Positions 50,778 through 60,530 are shown, counted from the first letter of the stretch. The stretch is DNA of 64,000 nucleotides from an uncultured Lachnospiraceae bacterium (GCA_964424785.1 CAYRKA010000001.1:33416-97415), one strand, 5' to 3'. Numbers and translations are program-made. The notes: generated from the letters alone by a model not told the origin.

Positions 50778-50895
50778 TCCAGCAGGCCTGGATTCAAAAA
50801 ACTATATTATTTTCTCCTTCTTCTGTTCGCAAATCTGCCTGTGTTGTGATATCATGTGAACTGACATTGTAATAAACAGAAGCAGGAGAATTAAA

Positions 50896-51117
50896 ATGCG
50901 CCGTACAGACAGAGAAGTAAAGGAATTCAAGGATATCGTATCGATTATGGAAAAATGCGATGTATGCAGGATTGCCCTGAATAATAACGGTTATCCGTAT
51001 ATTTTGCCGCTCAATTTTGGGATGTGTGTACAGGACGGCAGGATAGAACTGTATTTCCACGGGGCTATGTCTGGTATGAAGTATGATCTGATTGAAAAGG
51101 ATGCCCTTTACTACTGA
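50896..51117 (+). pseudogene. Truncated pyridoxamine 5'-phosphate oxidase/NimA-like gene (N-terminal half only)
   Basis: MRRTDRE..CRIAL...YPYILPLNFG..LYFHGA..G.KYDLI, ending abruptly in the 3' end of the opposing Rpn gene; good SD. Confidence 0.8.
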
Positions 51118-52139
51118 ACATTTTGAGGAAGACCGAGCCATCCATTCACTGTCTCTACGGTATAGCCTACTCCTTGCGCAATCTTTTCTACATCAATACC
51201 GAGCAAATATAAGTTTCTGGCTACCTCCTGGGATTTCTTTAAGGTACCCTTTTGTATGCCTTTTTGCAGTCCCCTTCGTTCCCCTGTCAATTCAGCTTTC
51301 ATTTTCATTTCCTGTATTGCCTGGCACATATCAACCATTTCCTCGCTTTCGCTATATTTTAAATCGGTGTGTGTGATTACCTTAATCACATCTGCGGCTC
51401 TTCGTTCTACTTCATGAAATCGTGTCTCTTTAGAATGCAGTATCTTGCTTAGATTTTCCTCATTTTTAGAATATTTGATGAAAAGCAGAACCTCCCGCAG
51501 GCTGGACCGGAATTTCATAATATCAGCTTCTTTCATATGCGCCGGGGCAATCAAATGAACCTGATAATTGTTGAGATATTGGAATAGCGCCGGGTCTTTT
51601 ATATCCATCATGTCAAACAGACTCAGTGGACCATCCCATCTATCCGCGCCAAAATAGAGAATGACCGTCACGGAAGGAATAAGGCGGTCGTTTTTCCAGA
51701 AACCGCTCAGATATTCCCCAGCGTTTGGTCTCCTCTGCATTGCTGAAGAATCTGATTCCGCCTGTCCTCTGTTTTGTTTCATCGCCCTGCGATGTGACCG
51801 CGCAGCTGCTTCAACCTGTCCGGCATATTCGATCGCATCGTATAGATTATTCTTTACTGCAGCCGCATAATGGATCTCGGACTGGGCTTCGATTCCATAA
51901 AGGATGTATTCAAATTTCCCGTCCGTCATGGCGGCATAAAGCTTCTGTACATCCCGGAATTTCTGAATCGGTATGGTTGTCTGGTCTGCTCCGTAAGGAA
52001 GGGCGATCTCGGTTGGATCCCGCTGTGCCAGATTCTCAGGATGAATAATCTGCGCTCCATCATGAATGTAATAATTAAACACATCGGCAAATATGCCTGC
52101 ATCTGATATGTAATCCTTTGTGATAGTATCCGCTCTCAA
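51111..52139 (-). mobile_element. Rpn/PD-(D/E)XK-family recombination-promoting nuclease or putative transposase
   Basis: FADVFN, RDVQK, ILYGIEAQSEIHY...YDAIEY, P.VTVILYFG..WDGP.SL, C-terminal G.QKG repeats; TTG start with AGGAAGGA SD; about 43% GC in a 120-nt sample; no terminal IRs seen. Confidence 0.8.
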
Positions 52140-52465
52140 TAATGCTTACATCCTTCCTATACTTTACTATATTTCCATATGTTTCGCAACTATATTATCA
52201 TATATTCATTATCATGTCAAACATTATGTTGCTGATAAACACGTTTATGATACAAAATAATGAAGCCATATAAAAGGATTCTATGGTTTTTTGCTTCGAC
52301 GCGGTCTGGACAGGAGCAGGTTTTATGTGATAAACTGTATCGCGGATATAGGACTGGCAGGCTATTGTTGCGACCGTGCCCGGTGCAGGAATGTGCGCAG
52401 CACATTCTTGTTACAAAGGGCGCGGAAAGGCTGCCGGAGAGCTTTGGCGGTGAGGAGGAACATAC

Positions 52466-54277
52466 GTGGCGATCGATCAGAGTAAAATCAGGAATTTTTG
52501 TATCATTGCGCATATCGACCATGGCAAGTCGACGCTGGCCGACCGCATCATTGAGATGACGGGGCTGCTGACGAGCCGTGAGATGCAGAATCAGGTGCTT
52601 GACAATATGGAGCTGGAGCGCGAGCGCGGCATTACGATCAAGTCCCAGGCGGTGCGCACCGTGTACAAGGCGGACGATGGGGAAGAGTATATTTTCAATC
52701 TGATCGACACGCCTGGGCATGTCGATTTCAATTATGAGGTATCGCGCAGCCTCGCTGCGTGCGACGGAGCGATCCTGGTTGTCGACGCGGCGCAGGGGAT
52801 CGAGGCACAGACGCTCGCAAATGTCTATCTGGCGCTCGACCATGACCTCGACGTGATGCCGGTTATCAACAAGATCGACCTGCCAAGTGCGGATCCGCGG
52901 CGCGTGATCCATGAGATCGAGGACGTGATCGGCCTCGAGGCGGAGGATGCCCCGCAGATTTCCGCGAAGACAGGACAGAATGTACATGAGGTGCTGGAGC
53001 AGATTGTGAGAAAGATCCCTGCGCCGGAGGGCGACCCGGATGCGCCGCTGCAGGCCCTGATTTTTGACTCGGTTTATGATTCCTACCGCGGCGTCATCGT
53101 GTTTATGCGGGTTATGAACGGCACGGTTGCGAAGGGACGGACGATCCGGATGATGGCGACCGGGGCGGAGGCCGAGGTCGTTGAGGTCGGATATTTCGGC
53201 GCGGGTCAGTTCATCCCATGTGACGAGCTGGCTGCCGGGATGGTCGGCTATCTGACCGCGAGCCTCAAGAACGTGCGCGATACGCGCGTCGGAGATACGG
53301 TGACGACGGCTGACCATCCTTGCGCAGAGCCGCTTCCGGGCTACAAGAAGGTGAACCCGATGGTCTACTGCGGTATGTATCCGGCGGACGGCGCGAAGTA
53401 CCCGGATCTGCGCGATGCGCTCGAGAAGCTGCAGCTCAATGACGCATCGCTGCATTTTGAGCCGGAGACGTCGGTTGCGCTGGGCTTCGGTTTCCGATGC
53501 GGTTTCCTGGGGCTTCTGCATCTGGAGATCATCCAGGAGAGGCTGGAGCGGGAGTACAGTCTCGATCTTGTCACGACTGCCCCGAGCGTTATCTACAAGG
53601 TACATAAGACGAATGGCGAGGTGATTGACCTGACGAACCCGACGAACCTGCCGGATCCGTCCGAGATCGAATACATGGAGGAGCCTGTCGTTGCCGCCGA
53701 GATCATGGTGACGACTGAGTATATCGGCCCGATCATGGAGCTGTGCCAGGAACGCCGCGGCATATACGAGGGCATGGAATATATGGAGGAGACGAGGGCG
53801 CTGCTGAAGTATACGCTGCCGCTCAACGAGATTATCTATGATTTCTTTGACGCGCTCAAATCGCGGTCGCGCGGCTATGCGTCATTTGATTACGAGATGA
53901 AGGGATATATGCGATCCGATCTCGTGAAGCTTGATATCCTCGTGAACCATGAGGAGGTTGACGCGCTCTCATTTATTGTCCACGGCGGGACTGCATATGA
54001 GCGCGGCCGGAAGATGTGCGAGAAGCTCAAGGAGGAGATCCCGCGCCAGCTTTTCGAGATCCCGATCCAGGCTGCGATCGGCAGCAAGATCATTGCGCGT
54101 GAGACCGTCCGTGCACTGCGCAAGGATGTGCTGGCCAAGTGCTACGGCGGCGATATCACGCGCAAGAAGAAGCTGCTCGAGAAGCAGAAGGAAGGCAAGA
54201 AGCGGATGCGCCAGGTCGGAAACGTGGAGATCCCGCAGAAAGCGTTTATGAGCGTGCTGAAGCTCGATGACAAATAA
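52466..54277 (+). CDS. lepA: Translation elongation factor 4
   Basis: [59 protein letters not shown]; GTG start. Confidence 0.98.
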   Translation: MAIDQSKIRNFCIIAHIDHGKSTLADRIIEMTGLLTSREMQNQVLDNMELERERGITIKSQAVRTVYKADDGEEYIFNLIDTPGHVDFNYEVSRSLAACDGAILVVDAAQGIEAQTLANVYLALDHDLDVMPVINKIDLPSADPRRVIHEIEDVIGLEAEDAPQISAKTGQNVHEVLEQIVRKIPAPEGDPDAPLQALIFDSVYDSYRGVIVFMRVMNGTVAKGRTIRMMATGAEAEVVEVGYFGAGQFIPCDELAAGMVGYLTASLKNVRDTRVGDTVTTADHPCAEPLPGYKKVNPMVYCGMYPADGAKYPDLRDALEKLQLNDASLHFEPETSVALGFGFRCGFLGLLHLEIIQERLEREYSLDLVTTAPSVIYKVHKTNGEVIDLTNPTNLPDPSEIEYMEEPVVAAEIMVTTEYIGPIMELCQERRGIYEGMEYMEETRALLKYTLPLNEIIYDFFDALKSRSRGYASFDYEMKGYMRSDLVKLDILVNHEEVDALSFIVHGGTAYERGRKMCEKLKEEIPRQLFEIPIQAAIGSKIIARETVRALRKDVLAKCYGGDITRKKKLLEKQKEGKKRMRQVGNVEIPQKAFMSVLKLDDK

Positions 54278-54280
54278 AAA

Positions 54281-54303
54281 GTCATCACCCGCAAGGGTGA
54301 CGG
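54281..54303. terminator. Hairpin between convergent lepA and Arc-family genes
   Basis: tcaccc-gcaa-gggtga preceded by an A-tract. Confidence 0.5.
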
Positions 54304-54413
54304 TTGAGCTCAAAAAGCATGGCAATTTGCTGCATCAATTATTTTAAGCATGATCGATTCCTCCGCCCGGGACTTCGGGTTGTCTGGTTACTCAACAGCA
54401 TTGCGGCACTTCT

Positions 54414-54602
54414 TTATATCGTATCCCCATCGTCAGATCTCCGGGTCTTCCGGCGGTGGCGCACGCATTCCGTCAGGAGGTACTCAATCTGGCCGTTGAC
54501 CGAGCGGAAATCATCCTCAGCCCAGGCGGCAAGTTCATTGTAGAGCGAGGCGGAGAGGCGCAGGGGAACCTGCTTCTTCGCCTTTTCTTTTTTGGCATCC
54601 AT
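54414..54602 (-). CDS. Arc/ribbon-helix-helix DNA-binding protein
   Basis: [29 protein letters not shown]; typical partner of SPFH genes. Confidence 0.85.
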   Translation of the reverse strand: MDAKKEKAKKQVPLRLSASLYNELAAWAEDDFRSVNGQIEYLLTECVRHRRKTRRSDDGDTI

Positions 54603-54675
54603 GTGAGAGCCCTCTTTCTAAAACGCGGTGAAACCCGCAGTAAAGTTGGTTACAGTTTTCCGAAAGCCAATGTCA

Positions 54676-54708
54676 GAGAAGTACCCAGGGCAGTCCTGGG
54701 TACTTCTC
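54676..54708. terminator. 14-bp perfect hairpin between SPFH and Arc genes
   Basis: gagaagtacccagg-gcagt-cctgggtacttctc. Confidence 0.6.
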
Positions 54709-54729
54709 GTCCGACTGACTTAACTATAA

Positions 54730-55707
54730 TTAGTAAATCGATCCGCTATTCACCACCGGCTGCGCATCCTTATTTCCGCACAGCACGACGAGCAGATTGC
54801 TGACCATCGCCGCCTTGCGCTCCTCGTCGAGCTCCACGATCCCGCCCTCACTTAACTTCGTCAGCGCCATGTCAACCATGCTGACCGCACCCTCGACAAT
54901 CTTCTGGCGGGCGTCGATGATCGCGGCGGCCTGCTGCCGCTGAAGCATTGCGGAGGCAATCTCCGGCGCGTATGACAGACGGGAGATGCGGACTTCGCGC
55001 ACTGTGATGCCGGCATCCCCGACCTTCTCCTGCAGTTGCTTTTTCAGAATCTCGGCGACCTCCTGTGTGCTGGCGCGCAGCGTCTTATCATCGTCGTCGC
55101 TTGTGTCATACGGATAACATCGTGCGATATGCCTCGTGATGGCGTCGCACTGGATCGAGAGATAGTTCTTGTAATTCTCGACATTGAGGACGGCCTTGGT
55201 CGGATTCGTGACCTGCCAGATCACGATCGTGCCGATCTCAATCGGGTTGCCGAGCTGGTCATTGACCTTCTGCTTCTCATTATTCAGCGTCATGATCTTT
55301 GTCGAGACCTTCTTGTTGAAGCCGGAGCCGAAAGAAACGGAGACATTTCCGCCTGATGTCACGGCAGTAGAAGCCTTGACAGTCGGGTTGAGCGCCGCAC
55401 AGAATGGATTCGTCCAGTAGAAGCCCGGCTTCTTCAGCGTGCCGTAATACCGGCCGAAAAGCGCAAGCACGAGCGCCTCATTCGGGTTGATGACGTGCAG
55501 GCCGCACAGAGTGAGAATGCCTGCGAGCACGAGCACAACGCCCAGCAGCTCGAAGAAGACGATCGCCGGAACCGGGAATCCGAGTACAGGAGCTGCGATG
55601 AATGACGGCAGCGACAGCAGGCACATCAGGAGCCCGAGCAGCAGCATCGGTATGCCGGATTGCACGGTGATTTCTTTTTCTTCTGTGATAAAGCTCTTTT
55701 CGTTCAT
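54730..55707 (-). CDS. SPFH (band 7/prohibitin) domain membrane protein
   Basis: 2 TM helices, [47 protein letters not shown]. Confidence 0.92.
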   Translation of the reverse strand: MNEKSFITEEKEITVQSGIPMLLLGLLMCLLSLPSFIAAPVLGFPVPAIVFFELLGVVLVLAGILTLCGLHVINPNEALVLALFGRYYGTLKKPGFYWTNPFCAALNPTVKASTAVTSGGNVSVSFGSGFNKKVSTKIMTLNNEKQKVNDQLGNPIEIGTIVIWQVTNPTKAVLNVENYKNYLSIQCDAITRHIARCYPYDTSDDDDKTLRASTQEVAEILKKQLQEKVGDAGITVREVRISRLSYAPEIASAMLQRQQAAAIIDARQKIVEGAVSMVDMALTKLSEGGIVELDEERKAAMVSNLLVVLCGNKDAQPVVNSGSIY

Positions 55708-55724
55708 AATTTCCCCTCCTGGAT

Positions 55725-55757
55725 AAAATGATATTAAAATGATATCAAAATTATATC
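55725..55757. promoter_or_regulatory. Three tandem 11-bp direct repeats over the -10/TSS: candidate Arc operator
   Basis: aaaatgatatt / aaaatgatatc / aaaattatatc; contains the TGATATCA palindrome. Confidence 0.65.
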
Positions 55758-55778
55758 CGCAAACATGTGGGATGTCAA
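55750..55778 (-). promoter_or_regulatory. Consensus sigma70 promoter of the SPFH-Arc operon
   Basis: Perfect TTGACA-N17-TATAAT on the minus strand. Confidence 0.85.
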
Positions 55779-55975
55779 TAATAAATTCAAATGAAAAACG
55801 GAATGGGCTGCAGGGTTGGAGCTTGACTGACAGATGGCTTTATGGTAAAGTTTATTATATTTCGTGGGTCGATCCACGGAGAATTGAAACGCTCAGAGAT
55901 GCTCTGGCAGTCTGATTGCCGGGATATGCTGGCAGGAGGACCGCCGGGTGGCTGAAGCAGGGAGGGCCAGACAGC

Positions 55976-57139
55976 TTGCGTGAACTTGAATTGTACCTTC
56001 ATATCCCGTTTTGTGTCAGGAAATGCGCCTACTGTGATTTCCTGTCGGCTCCGGCCGGACGTGACGTGCAGCAGACGTATGTCGGGGCGCTGCAGCGGGA
56101 GATACGCGCGTTTGCCGGGAGGGCGGCGCAGGAATATTTCGTCACGACCGTCTTTTTCGGCGGCGGCACGCCGTCGGTTCTTCTGGCGTCAGAGATTGCC
56201 GCACTTATGGATGTGATGCGGGAAGGGTTTGTGTTTGCATCGGACGCGGAGGTCACGATTGAGTGCAATCCAGGCACGGCGGATCGGGAGAAGCTGCGGG
56301 TTTACCGTGACGCCGGGATCAACCGCCTGAGCCTCGGCCTGCAGTCCGCGGACGACAAGGAGCTCGCGATGCTTGGGCGCATCCACACATGGGCGGATTT
56401 CCTGAGGACGTATGAGGACGCGCGTGCGGCAGGGTTCGATAACATCAATGTGGATCTGATGTCTGCGCTTCCGGGGCAGACGGTTTCATCGTGGGAGCGC
56501 ACGCTGCGAAAAGTGCTTGCGCTCTCGCCGGAGCATATTTCCGCGTATAGTCTGATCATTGAGGAGGGTACGCCGTTCTACGAAAGATATCATGAGGATG
56601 ATGAGATCCGCAGGGATGGCGGCGTACCACACTTCCTGCCGTCGGAGGATGCGGAGCGCAGGATGTACGAGATGACGGAGGAGCTGCTCGGTGAGGCCGG
56701 GCTGTGCCGTTATGAGATCTCGAATTACGCGCGTCAGGATCGCGAATGCCGCCACAATATCGGATACTGGCGTGGGACCGAGTATATGGGATTTGGGCTT
56801 GGCGCGTCGTCGCTGGTAGACTGCAGTTCCGGGTATGCGCGTTTTCGCAACCCGGATGACCTGACGGCATATTTGCGCGGTGATTTTTCAGGGCGGGAAA
56901 TGCAGATGCTCACTGTGCAGGACCGCATGGAGGAATTCATGTTCCTCGGCCTGCGGCTGACGGACGGGATATCCGAGGCGGAATTTGCGCGCCGCTTTGG
57001 CTGCCCGATTGATAAAATATATGGGAAGGTATTGGAGGAGCAGCAGGGGCTTGGACTTCTCGCACGCCATGGGGGACGCGTCTTTCTGACGCCGCGCGGC
57101 ATTGATCTGAGCAATCTGGTTATGGCGGAGTTTCTGTAA
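55976..57139 (+). CDS. hemW: Radical SAM heme chaperone HemW (HemN-like)
   Basis: LYLHIPFCVRKCAYCDF, FFGGGTPS, NRLSLGLQS, HISAYSLIIEEGT, YEISNYA, CRHNIGYW; TTG start after GGAGGG. Confidence 0.92.
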   Translation: MRELELYLHIPFCVRKCAYCDFLSAPAGRDVQQTYVGALQREIRAFAGRAAQEYFVTTVFFGGGTPSVLLASEIAALMDVMREGFVFASDAEVTIECNPGTADREKLRVYRDAGINRLSLGLQSADDKELAMLGRIHTWADFLRTYEDARAAGFDNINVDLMSALPGQTVSSWERTLRKVLALSPEHISAYSLIIEEGTPFYERYHEDDEIRRDGGVPHFLPSEDAERRMYEMTEELLGEAGLCRYEISNYARQDRECRHNIGYWRGTEYMGFGLGASSLVDCSSGYARFRNPDDLTAYLRGDFSGREMQMLTVQDRMEEFMFLGLRLTDGISEAEFARRFGCPIDKIYGKVLEEQQGLGLLARHGGRVFLTPRGIDLSNLVMAEFL

Positions 57140-57143
57140 TGGC

Positions 57144-57240
57144 GCAATCGGATAGGGGAGATTTATCGACCCTATCCGCCGCGCCAGGGCGGCAGCGGCT
57201 TTGCCGCTGAAATTTCCTTGCCGACCTGTGTGCATAAAAA
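57144..57240 (-). repeat. Dispersed two-hairpin element, full reference copy (97 nt)
   Basis: Minus strand tttttatgcacacaggtcggcaaggaaatttcagcggcaaagccgctgccgccctggcgcggcggatagggtcgataaatctcccctatccgattgc; begins at the T-tract of the queT terminator. Confidence 0.85.
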
Positions 57241-57274
57241 ACAGCCCGGAGTCTGGAAACTGACCGGCTCCGGG
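57236..57274 (-). terminator. Intrinsic terminator after queT
   Basis: cccggag/ctccggg stem followed by ttttt on the minus strand. Confidence 0.6.
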
Positions 57275-57312
57275 TCGATTTTGCGTTTAGAGCAGAAAGT
57301 GTATGGATCCGT

Positions 57313-57804
57313 TTATAATGCCGCATTTCTGAAGAGGGACCCGCGGTACCGCTCCAGGGCGAACAGGAGGATCATTCCCATGACTCCGCAGGAGAGGACC
57401 TCTCCGATGCCGACTGTCAGCATCATAAAAGGAATGGGGAGCGGGACACCGTAGCCGTAGTGCAGGACAAATGGCACAATCAGCGCATTTGCCACAATCG
57501 GCGGAACCGGGGCGAGAAAACGGCGCTTCCTCAGCAGATAAGTGCCTGTCGCGGCAATCAGGGTGGCGAGGCTGCCGAAAATAATGTCAAGCGGAATCGA
57601 ACCGCCGAGCATATTGCCGATCAGACACCCGATAAAAAGACCTGGGATCGCTGCCGGTGTGAAATAGGGCAGGACCGTGAGTGCTTCTGAGACACGCAGC
57701 TGTACCTCGCCGAACCCGAAGGGGGCAAATGCGACGGTCAGCACGACGTAGATGGCAGCGATAGCTGCACCCTGGACAAGGAACGTTACTCTTTCATTTC
57801 TCAT
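57313..57804 (-). CDS. queT: QueT family queuosine-precursor transporter
   Basis: AAIAAIYVVLT...F.FG.VQLRVSEAL..LP.F.P.AIPGL.IGCLI.N; preQ1 riboswitch upstream. Confidence 0.9.
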   Translation of the reverse strand: MRNERVTFLVQGAAIAAIYVVLTVAFAPFGFGEVQLRVSEALTVLPYFTPAAIPGLFIGCLIGNMLGGSIPLDIIFGSLATLIAATGTYLLRKRRFLAPVPPIVANALIVPFVLHYGYGVPLPIPFMMLTVGIGEVLSCGVMGMILLFALERYRGSLFRNAAL

Positions 57805-57814
57805 ATTCTGTTTT

Positions 57815-57858
57815 CTCCTTTAGTTTTGTTTTACGTGTGGAAGGTCTCGAACACACGC
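57815..57858 (-). ncRNA. PreQ1-I riboswitch (translational, SD sequestering)
   Basis: gCGTGTG-ttcgagaccttc-CACACG-taaaacaaaactaaaGGAG: P1 stem, UUCG loop, A-rich tail and SD overlap, upstream of queT. Confidence 0.9.
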
Positions 57859-57970
57859 GCCTAAGCGGACATAAAAAGCTTCCAGTGGATGCTCTTATGT
57901 CATCCCGTAACGCCGGGAAACGGCTGCAAGCCCTGTCAGACCTTATTTTTGGGGGCTTGCAACGTGGATT

Positions 57971-57999
57971 AGTGTAGCATGAACCAGGTGGCAGGTCAA
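57971..57999 (-). promoter_or_regulatory. Sigma70 promoter of queT
   Basis: TTGACC-N17-TACACT with extended TG. Confidence 0.7.
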
Positions 58000-58035
58000 G
58001 AAAAAATCGGATCAAAATCGCTTCGCGATAGCTGC

Positions 58036-58944
58036 TCACACACTCTCTTCTTCCCTCGATTCGATCTGGCGTGCCGCGAAATTGTAGATCTTCTGATAAT
58101 CCTCCGCCGAATAGTGGACGCCGTCAATCGGCATGACCTGATCGATCATCAGGAGCGTGAAGCTGTCGATGTATGCGTCCGGGAAGGATTCCTTCAGGTG
58201 ACTGTTAAAGTCAGCAATCTGTTCGTTGGAAATGTTGGAGCAGAGTGTCGGCTCGATCGGGTTCACGGACAGGAAATAGAAATGTGTGTCCGGGTAAGCC
58301 GCGAGAAGCTCCGTGTACAGCGCCAGATAATTTGCAAGATTGTCGTAGTCATTGACCCCGAAGTTCAGCACGACCGGCGCGTCAGGCTGTGCCGCAATCG
58401 CGTCCGCAGTCAGTGCAAGCCCCTCATCCAGGAACCAGTTGTAGCCCTCGCCATCCTTGCCGATGTAAGTGTCAGTGGTATCAAGCGCACGCTCCATGCC
58501 GAGTGTCCTCGAATCGCCGACCCAGATGATCGGGAATGATACATCATATACCTCGAGCGGAACGAACTCTGTCTGTGCCTCTGTGCCGGACGTCTCAGGC
58601 TCTGCCTGAGGCGCATCCCCCTTCGCGTCAACATCCTTGCCTGTATCCGAAGCTCCGCTCCTGTCTGCGCCGGTGCCCCTGCCTGCTGCCGGAGTATCAG
58701 TCCCGTTCCTGTCAGTTTCCTCGTCCGTAGCCTGCGTTTCTGCCTCATCGCCTGTCTTCGGCCCGGATTCCGTGTCTGCCTGATACAATGCCCGGATAGC
58801 TGCGTCCGCCGCAATGGCCGCCTGCGTGTCGTCGTCGGAAAACGCGTCGTTATGGAACTGCCACGCGAGAAAAACTGCAAGCGCTGCCAGCAGGATAAGT
58901 GCAATGACAGAGCATACGATGCCAAGTATAGTCCCTTTTTTCAT
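58036..58944 (-). CDS. Membrane-anchored SGNH/GDSL-like hydrolase with a low-complexity linker
   Basis: N-terminal TM helix; WVGDSR, FGVND, LSVNP, DGVHY; start trimmed to MKKGTIL. Confidence 0.78.
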   Translation of the reverse strand: MKKGTILGIVCSVIALILLAALAVFLAWQFHNDAFSDDDTQAAIAADAAIRALYQADTESGPKTGDEAETQATDEETDRNGTDTPAAGRGTGADRSGASDTGKDVDAKGDAPQAEPETSGTEAQTEFVPLEVYDVSFPIIWVGDSRTLGMERALDTTDTYIGKDGEGYNWFLDEGLALTADAIAAQPDAPVVLNFGVNDYDNLANYLALYTELLAAYPDTHFYFLSVNPIEPTLCSNISNEQIADFNSHLKESFPDAYIDSFTLLMIDQVMPIDGVHYSAEDYQKIYNFAARQIESREEESV

Positions 58945-59186
58945 ACAGATCTCTCCAAATCCCTGCCCCCATATCCGTCGGGAAAGCAGATTTGCACTTA
59001 TCGTATAACAGACCGGGCAAAAAGTCAATCAAAGCGGACGAAAATTGCCCGCCTGAACTTTAACTATAGTAAACGACACAAATAATGTCGTTTCCTATAA
59101 CTGTATGTGCTTGTGTCACAGACGTAAAAACAAATGTCCGCTTCGGACGGGAAATTGTATTTTTTTTGTACAGCGAACAAAAGTCC

Positions 59187-59215
59187 TTGCAATACGGACA
59201 AAAGAGGTCTAAAAT
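59187..59215 (+). promoter_or_regulatory. Sigma70 promoter of the liv operon
   Basis: TTGCAA-N17-TAAAAT. Confidence 0.6.
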
Positions 59216-59288
59216 AGCCTTATGCGTTTAGTACTTTATCATGATGAAGTATTCAAACAGTAAAAAATATGAGACAGGAGGAAATGTT

Positions 59289-60449
59289 ATGAAAAAATTA
59301 GCAGCACTTGCAGTATGCACGGCGATGTGCCTGGCCAGCGTGATGAGCGTATCGGCGGCAGACACGGTAAAGATCGGCGTATTTGAGCCGGCATCAGGTG
59401 ATAACGGCGCGGGCGGCAAGCAGGAAACGCTTGGTATCCAGTACGCGAACAGTGTAGCCCCGACCGTGGAGATCGGCGGCACAGAGTACAATGTTGAGCT
59501 TGTGGTGGTGGACAATGAGTCCTCCGCAGAGAAAGCTCCGACGGCTGCGTCCCAGCTTGTCAGCGAGGGCGTTTCTGTAGTGCTTGGTACATACGGCTCC
59601 GGCGCGGCGATCGCGGCAGCTCCGACCTTTGAGCAGGCGGGCGTCCCGGCGATCGGCGTGACATGCACGAACCCGCAGGTGACAGAGGGCAATCCGCATT
59701 ACTTCCGTATCTGTTTCCTCGACCCGTTCCAGGGCACGGTCCTTGCGAACTTCGCGACAGAGAATTTCGAGGCGAAGAAAGCTTACGTGCTGACGAAGCT
59801 CGGCGACGACTATTCGGCTGGCCTTGGCTTCTACTTCTCAGAGGCGTTCAAGGAGCTGGGCGGTGAAGTGATCGAGGATACGTTCCCGGAGGGCAACGCA
59901 GACTTTACTTCCTATATTACTACGGCGATCAATGAGGGCGTTGACGTTATCTTCGCACCGACGTCGACAGAGGCGGCTCAGCTCATCATTGATACGGCAG
60001 CTTCGCAGGGTGCACAGATGCCTCTTCTGGCCGGCGATACATGGGATTCCAACGTGATCCTGAGCGCTGCGGAGGGCAAGGATGTCCAGATTTATGTTAC
60101 GACCTTCTATCAGGAGGGCGGCAACGAGGAATTTGATAATGGCATCAAGGAATGGATCAATGGCGACAGCACGAACCTGGCAAACAACGGCGGCAACGAT
60201 ACGATCGCGGCAGTGACGGCGATGGGATATGACGCATACTTTACAGCGCTTGAGGCTCTGAAGAATGCAGGCTCGACCGATCCGGCCGCAGTGACAGAGG
60301 CGCTTCCGGCCACTACTTACACAGGCGTTACAGGTGCGATCGCATTCGATGATGTGAACGGCGACGCCGTCCGTGATACCGCGTATGTGAAAGTGGCAAA
60401 TACCGAGACCGCTGCGTGGGATTTCGTGGCGGAGCAGGGTGTCAACTGA
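59289..60449 (+). CDS. Branched-chain amino-acid ABC transporter substrate-binding protein (LivJ/LivK-like)
   Basis: VKIGVFEP.SG, VVDNES, LGTYGSG, NPHYFRICFLDPFQG, GYDAY, TGAIAFD. Confidence 0.9.
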   Translation: MKKLAALAVCTAMCLASVMSVSAADTVKIGVFEPASGDNGAGGKQETLGIQYANSVAPTVEIGGTEYNVELVVVDNESSAEKAPTAASQLVSEGVSVVLGTYGSGAAIAAAPTFEQAGVPAIGVTCTNPQVTEGNPHYFRICFLDPFQGTVLANFATENFEAKKAYVLTKLGDDYSAGLGFYFSEAFKELGGEVIEDTFPEGNADFTSYITTAINEGVDVIFAPTSTEAAQLIIDTAASQGAQMPLLAGDTWDSNVILSAAEGKDVQIYVTTFYQEGGNEEFDNGIKEWINGDSTNLANNGGNDTIAAVTAMGYDAYFTALEALKNAGSTDPAAVTEALPATTYTGVTGAIAFDDVNGDAVRDTAYVKVANTETAAWDFVAEQGVN

Positions 60450-60530
60450 TAGGGAAAGAGTGGCGTTGCTGCCGCGCAGCCGTTATCAATTAAGAAGCGT
60501 GCCGCTGTGAACGGCAGCAAGCGTAGTCAG

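Noticed and set aside
50812-50890. 15/16 inverted repeat upstream of the NimA-like fragment as IS end or anti-SD
   Set aside because: The likely promoter lies between the arms, so the left arm is probably untranscribed; no matching copy at the far end of the Rpn insert.
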